DNA of 64,000 nucleotides. It comes from a bacterium (GTDB lineage: Bacteria > Patescibacteriota > Patescibacteriia > Patescibacteriales > UBA12465). The notes below the pieces were generated by a model. The model worked only from the letters and a program-made list of their open reading frames with translations, searched no databases and was not told where the DNA came from. Each line of letters opens with the position of its first letter. Position 1 is the first letter of the stretch. The DNA is taken from positions 141,872 through 205,871 of the forward strand of contig JAUYNJ010000004.1 in assembly GCA_030696105.1 (NCBI GenBank). Direction: 5' to 3'. Shown here piece after piece: positions 38,996 through 46,219 of this stretch. A program made the position numbers and the translations under genes.

Positions 38996-41455
38996 TTACT
39001 GACAACTGTCACACTGGGCACGCTCTTGGGGGTCAACCGGGCAGGCTACGTGAGCAGTCTCTACCGGAGCGGCCGTCGGAGCAACGGCAGCCGCAGTCGC
39101 CATCGCGGCACCGAAACCCTTTTTGCCTAAGGCGTTACTCTTATTCACCTTTAAGGTGCTCTGCTCTGCATTATGGCGCGGTTTCATGTGAAGATAATAT
39201 GTTGTCTTTAAGCCTTGCTGCCAAGCACGGATATAGATACCCATAATTTCGTCGGTATCGCGGGTCTCAAGATACATGTTACGACTAATCGCCTGATCAA
39301 CCCATTTCTGTGCGCGCGCAGCAACCTCAACGAAGCCTTCCGGTTTCACTGAAAATGAATCTTTATACATTGCCTTTAGCTCAGCCGGAATTTTCTCAAT
39401 TGATTCCAGATTGCCATAGGAAGCTAAAATATCGCCCTTCACTTCATCCCAAATGCCAAGTTTTTCTAACTCAACCACTAAGTTGAAATTCAATTCTAAA
39501 TATTTTCCACCTAAAGTATTGCGACTAAATATTTGCGCAAAGCGTGGATCAATTCCAGTTGAGGTGCCGGCGACCAGGCCAATATTCGCGGTTGGGGCGA
39601 TGGCAAGAAGAGTTGCGTTACGCATGCCCTGTTTAACGCGGGCACGCAAAGCCTCCCAGTCAAGCTTGAAGCTGCGGTCAACTAACACTCTTTCGCCACG
39701 CTCCTTCTCTAAAATATCAATAGTGTCATAGGGGACGTATCCCTTTGACCAGCCCGAGCCCGCAAAATTATCATATTCACCACGCTCGACTGCTAGGTCG
39801 GCACTCGCGGAAATAGCGTGATAGGAAACAAATTCCATCACTTCGTCAGCGAGATTATAGGCTTCCGGACTGTCATAAGCAAAACCGCGACGTTCAAAAA
39901 TTTCAGCTAGACCCATCACGCCTAAGCCTATAGCGCGATTATGACTATCAAAATTTATAGCCTCAGCGACTGGCGGTTCGTTGATGTCGACAAGATTGTC
40001 GAGCTGACGTATGCCGAGCGTGACGCTGTCTTTTAACTTCTCCCAATCAACACTGCTGTCAGTGTTTAGATGTCGGGCGAGATTAATAGACATAATATTG
40101 CAGACCGCAATATTCTTCTCGTTGACCGGCAAAGTGATTTCGGTGCAGAGATTTGAACCATTAATCGTGCCGGTATTATTATTTAAGGCGCGCACATTAA
40201 TTGTGTCTTTCCAAGTAATCCAAGGGTGAGAAGCCGCCTGCAAGGAAACAATGATGCTGCGAAACTGCTCACGTGCTTTCATCTTTTTAAATATTCTCAT
40301 CTTCCCTGCTTCTGCGAGAGCCACATACTCCTGATATCTTTTACTAAACTGAGCCCCATATAAATCAATGAGGTCTGGTGTTTCTTTTGGATCAAACAAA
40401 TACCAGAAGTCATCGGCTTCAACGCGCTTCATAAATTCATCAGAAATATAAACGGCTGTATCGGCGGTGCGGGTGCGACGATAGTCATCACCTGCATTCT
40501 GTTTTAAATCCATATACTCCTGAAAATCGAGGTGCCAGTTTTCCATGTAAAAACAAAGGGCACCCATTTTCTTGCCGGCGCGGGAAATCGCGCGGATAGC
40601 GGAGTCAATGATGTGCAAAAAAGGAATTGGCCCAGAGGAAAAAGTATTGTTTGTGCTAATCGGTGAACCGCTCGCACGCAATTTTGTCACTGACAAGCCA
40701 ATGCCGCCAGTCGCTTTTGATAGTTTTAAAACATCAGAAACAGTTTTACCGATATGATCAACATTATCCTCCATGCCCATCAAAAAACAATTCGATAAGC
40801 GTGATTTCACGGCACCAGCATTAATATTTGTTGAGCCGCCAGGAATATACTCAAGCGCGGACATCTTTTCATAAAAGCTAATTGCCACCTCGTTTGGCTC
40901 AGCTTCGTTCCAAGCGAGGCCCATCGCCACCCGCATCCAAATATACTGTGGCACTTCCATTAAGTGCTGTGCTTCGGCACGTAAAGCGTAGCGACGCATC
41001 AGCGTGGAGATGCCGGTATTAGTGAATAACAAATCATTTTCTGGCCTTAAGGCTGCAGCGAGTCGCGTCCAATCATAACGGCGCATTTTTTCAGACAATA
41101 AGCCCCCCTTAATGCCGTTTTCAAGATATTCGGCAAAACGAACGCGCATCATCGAACCGGCTGACTCAAAGTCATCGGTGCCAAGCACTTCGCGATAGAC
41201 GGCAAGCAGCTGCAAGCGGGCAGCCAGACGATCATAGGCAATGTCATCTTTGATGTTTTGTGCGGCCGCCTGAATAAGGGCCTTGTCAATCTCCTGTTCA
41301 CTGATGCCATCATAAAAAGCAAGAGTCGCTTCTTTAAGGAGGCGCTCGCCGTATTTTTCCAAACCGTCAGCTAAGGCCGGTTTAGCTCTCTCCGCTAAGT
41401 TATCTTTACCCTCCGCAATTGTTAAGGATGCGGCTTTCATTGTGTTCGTAGACAT
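38996..41455 (-). CDS. nrdA: Class I ribonucleotide reductase alpha subunit
   Basis: LSNCF, GSNLCTEI, AIAPTA, QKWVDQAIS.N, GLKTTYY and C-terminal CDSCQ. Confidence 0.95.
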   Translation of the reverse strand: MSTNTMKAASLTIAEGKDNLAERAKPALADGLEKYGERLLKEATLAFYDGISEQEIDKALIQAAAQNIKDDIAYDRLAARLQLLAVYREVLGTDDFESAGSMMRVRFAEYLENGIKGGLLSEKMRRYDWTRLAAALRPENDLLFTNTGISTLMRRYALRAEAQHLMEVPQYIWMRVAMGLAWNEAEPNEVAISFYEKMSALEYIPGGSTNINAGAVKSRLSNCFLMGMEDNVDHIGKTVSDVLKLSKATGGIGLSVTKLRASGSPISTNNTFSSGPIPFLHIIDSAIRAISRAGKKMGALCFYMENWHLDFQEYMDLKQNAGDDYRRTRTADTAVYISDEFMKRVEADDFWYLFDPKETPDLIDLYGAQFSKRYQEYVALAEAGKMRIFKKMKAREQFRSIIVSLQAASHPWITWKDTINVRALNNNTGTINGSNLCTEITLPVNEKNIAVCNIMSINLARHLNTDSSVDWEKLKDSVTLGIRQLDNLVDINEPPVAEAINFDSHNRAIGLGVMGLAEIFERRGFAYDSPEAYNLADEVMEFVSYHAISASADLAVERGEYDNFAGSGWSKGYVPYDTIDILEKERGERVLVDRSFKLDWEALRARVKQGMRNATLLAIAPTANIGLVAGTSTGIDPRFAQIFSRNTLGGKYLELNFNLVVELEKLGIWDEVKGDILASYGNLESIEKIPAELKAMYKDSFSVKPEGFVEVAARAQKWVDQAISRNMYLETRDTDEIMGIYIRAWQQGLKTTYYLHMKPRHNAEQSTLKVNKSNALGKKGFGAAMATAAAVAPTAAPVETAHVACPVDPQERAQCDSCQ

Positions 41456-41486
41456 AGTATATGCGAAATAGTTTATAATTACCCTG

Positions 41487-41535
41487 CTACCATATGTGGT
41501 ATATCGAGGCTGAAGTATTATACCATATATTGATA
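41487..41535. promoter_or_regulatory. Tandem NrdR-box-like operators
   Basis: CTACCATATGTGGTAT (41487-41502) and ATACCATATATTGATA (41520-41535) resemble the acaCwAtATaTwGtgt consensus; 33 bp apart, upstream of nrdA. Confidence 0.7.
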
Positions 41536-41545
41536 ATCGTCACAA
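41517..41545 (-). promoter_or_regulatory. nrdAB promoter
   Basis: Minus strand TTGTGA-17 bp-TATAAT with extended -10 TGG; overlaps the distal NrdR-like box. Confidence 0.65.
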
Positions 41546-41576
41546 GACGCAAAAGTGGCGGAAAAACATACTGATA

Positions 41577-41634
41577 AATTTATAAAAAATAGCCTCGAAT
41601 TGTTTACACAATTCGAGGCTATTTTTTATAAATT
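41577..41634. repeat. Perfect 27-bp inverted repeat (bidirectional terminator-like)
   Basis: AATTTATAAAAAATAGCCTCGAATTGT-TTAC-ACAATTCGAGGCTATTTTTTATAAATT. Confidence 0.9.
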
Positions 41635-41702
41635 ACCGTAAATTATCCAAAATAACTCAAAAATGTTCGAACCACTTTCGAACTTAAAATATGTCTAATA
41701 TT

Positions 41703-41741
41703 AAAACAAAAACAGGCCTTAAAAGCCTGATTTTGTGTTTT
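41703..41741 (-). terminator. Terminator-like hairpin (minus orientation)
   Basis: Minus strand CAGGC-TTTTAAG-GCCTG followed by TTTTTGTTTT. Confidence 0.6.
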
Positions 41742-41842
41742 GCTCGGAGTCGTGGACGAAGTTCGAAATAGTGTGGCTAAGATTAGATGAGAATTTAGGG
41801 TATAATCCAGTGAATATTTTCGATAACTAACAATCACGAGCC
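41741..41842 (-). ncRNA. Candidate ~100-nt rod-shaped structured RNA or tRNA-like remnant
   Basis: Nested pairings 41742-46/41837-41, 41760-70/41815-28 and 41781-85/41803-07; followed on the minus strand by a terminator. Family not identified. Confidence 0.35.
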
Positions 41843-41879
41843 TTTATATCTAAAATCATTAATATAGTTAATATAAAAC

Positions 41880-41909
41880 AAAAAAACAGACGCCATTCAC
41901 GGCGTCTGT
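41880..41909 (-). terminator. Intrinsic terminator after hpf
   Basis: ACAGACGCC-ATTCAC-GGCGTCTGT with an A7 run on the plus strand. Confidence 0.8.
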
Positions 41910-41925
41910 CTTACTTTTTTCCAAA

Positions 41926-42276
41926 TTAATATGCCATCACTTTGCTAGCTGCTTGTTTCCGTCGCTTCAAGTCGCGCACCTTTTCACGTTTACTAACAAT
42001 GACTTCAACCAGATGATCTTTAACCTTATCAATTGCTTTAAAGAGATCAGAAGCGGTCTTCTCTACCCTGAGGACTTCGCGTGGTATGCGTAAGTTTATT
42101 TCAGCGCGATAAATATCACCTTTATTCTGCCCACCAACAGATTTCCCAATTTCAACATCACAATTAACAACCGCTGTTTTCCCTAAATACTTGTCCAACA
42201 TGTCAACCTTTTCCTGAACATAATCACGAACACGGTCGTCGATCTCAACCTGGGTAGCTTTGAGCTTCATCTTCAT
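41926..42276 (-). CDS. hpf: Ribosome hibernation factor HPF/RaiA (short form)
   Basis: YVQEKV..LDKY, YRAEINL, LRVE...DLFKAIDKVKDHL; start set at MKMKLK (42276). Confidence 0.88.
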   Translation of the reverse strand: MKMKLKATQVEIDDRVRDYVQEKVDMLDKYLGKTAVVNCDVEIGKSVGGQNKGDIYRAEINLRIPREVLRVEKTASDLFKAIDKVKDHLVEVIVSKREKVRDLKRRKQAASKVMAY

Positions 42277-42365
42277 ATTGTTCAAGGCAGATGACGCCGA
42301 CTGTATGAGACTCAAACAGGAACGCCTCTAGCCTGTTAATTTTCAAACAACTAACACCTATATCT

Positions 42366-43508
42366 CTAGAATAAACGGATTATATCTTTATAGGTGACGA
42401 AAATAATGAGTAACATTAATAACCAGAAACCAACGGTGTGGACAATCGCTTCCACTGACTGACGGACCGGTCGGCCGATAAATTTTTCAATCAATAAGAA
42501 GAGTAGACGTCCACCGTCGAGAGCAGGAAAAGGCAATATATTTATCAAGGCGAGGTTAAGTGACAATAAGGCCATAAACTGCAGAAGGTAAGCGAAACCG
42601 AGGCTAGCAACCTGTCCGGTAAGAGTCGCGATACCGACTGGCCCTGCGACCTGTCCTTCAGCACCCATGCCCATAAATAAGCCCTTAATCAGGCCCCAGA
42701 AGGCGAGAATGATGCTCCAGAACATAAGCCCGGTCATCTTGATGCCCTCCCAAATAGCGGTAAAGAAGGGATATTGCACAGTGCCTGAACTATAGACCGA
42801 TACGCCAATGCCGGCATTGCCGGTAGCCGTCATCGGTTCGGGAACAATCGTAACTTCTTTCACAGTTTCGCCGCTTGTAACTAAGAACTGAGTATCTTGG
42901 CCCCGGTTGGCGGCGACTAATGCCTGTAAACTTTCGTGACTGTCGACTGCCTCCCCATTCACGGCCGAAATAATATCGCCCGGCTGTAATCCAGCCCTTT
43001 CTGCCGGTGAATCTGAAATGGTTTCAACGATGACGACCTCCGCTTTAGTAATACGGGCAGATGGGCCCGCCTCTTCCAGAGAGCTCGGCATGCCAATCAT
43101 ATAACCAGCCGACAGAAATATAGCGGCTAAAACTATGTTCATTACAACGCCAGCCGCTAAGATTACGGCGCGTTTCCATAAGGATTTAGAAGCGAAGCTG
43201 TCAGGATCAAGCTTGCCATCACCATTTTCACCCTTAATGCGGACAAAGCCACCAATGGGTAGCCAATTTAAAGAATATATAGTCCCAGCGGGTTCTTGCC
43301 CCACCGGCAAATCTTCAACGGTTTTGCTACCAACCAGGCGACGCCACTTACCGCTAATGTCTTTATAAAAACCGATGGCGCGTGGCGGAAAGCCGAAACC
43401 GAATTCCTCCGCTTTAACACCGAGGCGACGAGCAGTCCAAAAATGTCCAAGTTCATGACCGAATACTAATACGGACAATACAGCGATAAATATTAAAGCA
43501 GTAATCAT
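42366..43508 (-). CDS. rseP: RIP metalloprotease RseP (M50, with PDZ domain)
   Basis: HELGHF, FGFGFPP, LPIGGFVRI, SPAERAGLQPGD, NILPFPALDGGR. Confidence 0.95.
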   Translation of the reverse strand: MITALIFIAVLSVLVFGHELGHFWTARRLGVKAEEFGFGFPPRAIGFYKDISGKWRRLVGSKTVEDLPVGQEPAGTIYSLNWLPIGGFVRIKGENGDGKLDPDSFASKSLWKRAVILAAGVVMNIVLAAIFLSAGYMIGMPSSLEEAGPSARITKAEVVIVETISDSPAERAGLQPGDIISAVNGEAVDSHESLQALVAANRGQDTQFLVTSGETVKEVTIVPEPMTATGNAGIGVSVYSSGTVQYPFFTAIWEGIKMTGLMFWSIILAFWGLIKGLFMGMGAEGQVAGPVGIATLTGQVASLGFAYLLQFMALLSLNLALINILPFPALDGGRLLFLLIEKFIGRPVRQSVEAIVHTVGFWLLMLLIIFVTYKDIIRLF

Positions 43509-43523
43509 AATGTAATAATTTGT

Positions 43524-44078
43524 TTATATGTCCATCACATCCTTCTCTTTTCTGTCTCTTAACTCTTTTAACTCCTCATTTTTCTTGGCAACAAAGTCAT
43601 CAAGCTCCTTCATCGCGCGAAAACGTTCATCTTCCGAGATTTCTTTCTCAGTCATCGCTTTTTCAATCATGTTTTTCACGTCTTCACGTTTCTGGCGCAA
43701 ATTGATACGGGCCTTCTCCATTTTTTCATTCAATTTCTTCACCGTCTCACGTCGATTCTCTTCAGTTAAGGCGGGCACAGTTAGGCGCACTTTGTCGCCT
43801 TCATTCATTACCCCTAAACCAAGATCGGCTTCAATAATTGCCTTTTCAATTGCTTTAGAGACTGTTTTATCCCAAGGAGCAATGCTGATGCTGCGAGCGT
43901 CAGATACAGAAATGTTCGCGACCGCATTAAGGGCATTCATAACGCCATAAGCTTCAACTTGAATATTGTCGAGCACAGCCGGGTTCGCGCGCCCAGTGCG
44001 TAAAGAAGCGATGTCGCGACGAAAGAAATCAACCGTAGCTTCAAAATCAGCCTGTTTTGTACTTAGAAAATCATTCAT
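43524..44078 (-). CDS. frr: Ribosome recycling factor
   Basis: LRTGRANP, VEAYG, IAPWD, PALTEENRRE, ISEDE, KEKDVM. Confidence 0.96.
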   Translation of the reverse strand: MNDFLSTKQADFEATVDFFRRDIASLRTGRANPAVLDNIQVEAYGVMNALNAVANISVSDARSISIAPWDKTVSKAIEKAIIEADLGLGVMNEGDKVRLTVPALTEENRRETVKKLNEKMEKARINLRQKREDVKNMIEKAMTEKEISEDERFRAMKELDDFVAKKNEELKELRDRKEKDVMDI

Positions 44079-44095
44079 ATATTTATGTTTAGTAA

Positions 44096-45214
44096 TTATT
44101 TTTCGAGCTTAAAGGTTCCCATGTACATGATATTGGGGTTATTGAAATCAACGAGCAAATCGGAGCCGGCGCGAGTCGTCGGCAACTTCTTGCTGGTCCA
44201 GGTAACCCCGCCATCAAGAGAACGGAAGAAAGTAGTATTAGTAACATAGAATAACTCCTTTGAGTTCTTCGGATTGACCGCCACCGCGTTAATGATAGCG
44301 TCTTTTTCGGGAGTAATCAACTTGATATTTTCCCAAGTAATTCCCTTGTCCGCTGAGCGTACAATTGCCTTATCTGTCGCTAAAAATAGAGTGCCGTCAG
44401 TCGCGCAGGTCACAAGGTCACGGAAGTTATTGCCTAATTTAAAGTCCTTTAAAACGATGCCGATATCCTCCCAGTCTTCCACCGCAAAGTTCTGCTCAAT
44501 GTTCCCAGAAGTGTCGGGATTGGTAACGGTGTTTGTTTTAAAGCGATATATATTATTACGCGTCGTTGCGATAAATATTTGACGACTATCTTGCGGTGAC
44601 ACAATGATGCGCGCAATTGGCGCCTCAATGCGTTGAATTGTCCGCCAGGAAATACCGTGATCAATACTCTTTATCACATCACCGCGCGAAGTACCGATAT
44701 AGACGTTATCGCTGTTGTAGTGATCGATGGAGATGGCCGTAACGGTAACACCGGGATTATTATCATAATAAACTTGATGCCAGCCGCGTCCGCAATCGTC
44801 AGAGCGATATAAACGGTTTAAAGTCGCTGCAAAAATTACGCATTTGTTCTTCGGGTCAACCTTCACATCCCGAATCGTTGCTTGACCGAGACCTGACACG
44901 TGATTCCAGCCGTTATTAACGTTATAGGTATAGAATAGTCCACGCTCAGCCGTAGCGAGATACACTGCTGTCGATTCTTGCGGGTCAGAAGTGAGGGTAA
45001 TAATGTTGGTAGTGGCAATATTCTGTGGCCGGCCAGTCACGGTCGGAATGAGCGACATCTGCTGCCAGTTCACTCCTTGATCAGCACTAATCCAGACGCC
45101 GCCGTCAGTAGCGGTGCCAACACTAGTTTTGCCACCAGAGCCAATGGAAATTGAACAGCCAGTTAAGGCGAAGCCGGCAACGAGTAGGAGAATTAATAGT
45201 TTTGATTTATGCAT
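44096..45214 (-). CDS. Lipoprotein with Asp-box/BNR repeats (beta-propeller)
   Basis: Lipobox LTGC; five S-x-D-x-G-x-x-W repeats (SADQGVNW, SDDCGRGW, SIDHGISW, SADKGITW, SLDGGVTW). Confidence 0.85.
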   Translation of the reverse strand: MHKSKLLILLLVAGFALTGCSISIGSGGKTSVGTATDGGVWISADQGVNWQQMSLIPTVTGRPQNIATTNIITLTSDPQESTAVYLATAERGLFYTYNVNNGWNHVSGLGQATIRDVKVDPKNKCVIFAATLNRLYRSDDCGRGWHQVYYDNNPGVTVTAISIDHYNSDNVYIGTSRGDVIKSIDHGISWRTIQRIEAPIARIIVSPQDSRQIFIATTRNNIYRFKTNTVTNPDTSGNIEQNFAVEDWEDIGIVLKDFKLGNNFRDLVTCATDGTLFLATDKAIVRSADKGITWENIKLITPEKDAIINAVAVNPKNSKELFYVTNTTFFRSLDGGVTWTSKKLPTTRAGSDLLVDFNNPNIMYMGTFKLEK

Positions 45215-45219
45215 AAAGT

Positions 45220-46218
45220 TTAAAAATATAAGGCTAAACTTTCTAAAATATTTTTGGGGTTCACATTTCCTCTAATATACTCGCGTGCTTGCTGTAATTG
45301 CTTCAGATTGAATACTGCCCTTCTCATTGCCCCCGCCTCCTCTTCTGCAATGAGCATCTTTTTCCATTTTTCCTGCAGAGCGGGATACTGCAGTCTGTCC
45401 TCTTGTCCGAGCGAGATGAGTAAGGCGTCTCGCCAGAGACTTTCAAAAGTATCAATCCAGTGAAGAGCTGTCGCCGCATCCAAACTACTATCAGTTCCAG
45501 CTTCACTAATTAAGCTCAGGCGTTTACTCAAATCACTTTCAATGAATGTAAATAAATTTTCAACAGTCGCTTGATGTTCTTTATATAAAGCCGGATTCTC
45601 TGCCCACCATTTAGCCTGCAAGGGTCGACCAAGAGCGGCGGCGGCCATTTCCTTGGCTGTAGAGCGTTTCAGCTCTAGAGTCGAAAGCAAGAAGTCATAG
45701 ACTGACTCCGGGCCAACAGGATAAAAGAATAGTATTTGTGAGCGCGAACTAATTGTCGGCATTAAACGGCTGACATCATCAACTAGCAAAATAATTACAA
45801 CCTTTTCCCGCGGTTCTTCTAAAGTTTTCAGTAAGGCGTTTTGTGCTTCCGTTGATAAGAGCTCCGCTTCTTTTATGATACCGATTTTATAGGAATTAAG
45901 GAATGAGCTTAAGCCCAGTCGTTTGTTAAATTCACGAGCTTGTTCGACGCTAATTTGTTTTTTCTCAGGGTCACGCTCCAAAATATATAAATCCGAATCA
46001 AGCCCACCGAGATTACTATTCGCTTCCGCTTCCCCGCCATCAAGGCGCCAGAGATTACGAGCGAAAGCTAAAGCTAAGGTCGCCTTACCTAAATCGCGTG
46101 GCCCACTAAAAATATAGGTCTGCGCCGGCTTACCCGAAAGCAAGCTTTTTTCTAAGAAAGCGGAAGCACGATCCTGTCCAATCGCCGGCCAAACAAATTG
46201 TGTCTTCGCATCACCCAT
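45220..46218 (-). CDS. holB: DNA polymerase III delta-prime subunit
   Basis: YIFSGPRDLGK, ISVEQAR, YKIGIIKEAE, AQNALLKTLEEP, PTISSR; start set at ATG 46218. Confidence 0.85.
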   Translation of the reverse strand: MGDAKTQFVWPAIGQDRASAFLEKSLLSGKPAQTYIFSGPRDLGKATLALAFARNLWRLDGGEAEANSNLGGLDSDLYILERDPEKKQISVEQAREFNKRLGLSSFLNSYKIGIIKEAELLSTEAQNALLKTLEEPREKVVIILLVDDVSRLMPTISSRSQILFFYPVGPESVYDFLLSTLELKRSTAKEMAAAALGRPLQAKWWAENPALYKEHQATVENLFTFIESDLSKRLSLISEAGTDSSLDAATALHWIDTFESLWRDALLISLGQEDRLQYPALQEKWKKMLIAEEEAGAMRRAVFNLKQLQQAREYIRGNVNPKNILESLALYF

Positions 46219-46219
46219 A

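Noticed and set aside
41643..41837. 64-aa ORF, or an intact tRNA, in the nrdA-hpf spacer
   Set aside because: The ORF runs through a terminator hairpin and has no motif. No cloverleaf with D and anticodon arms could be drawn despite the TTCGAA motif.
42277..42365. raiA-motif ncRNA upstream of hpf
   Set aside because: The spacer is only about 90 nt, too short for that large RNA, and I could not match its features.
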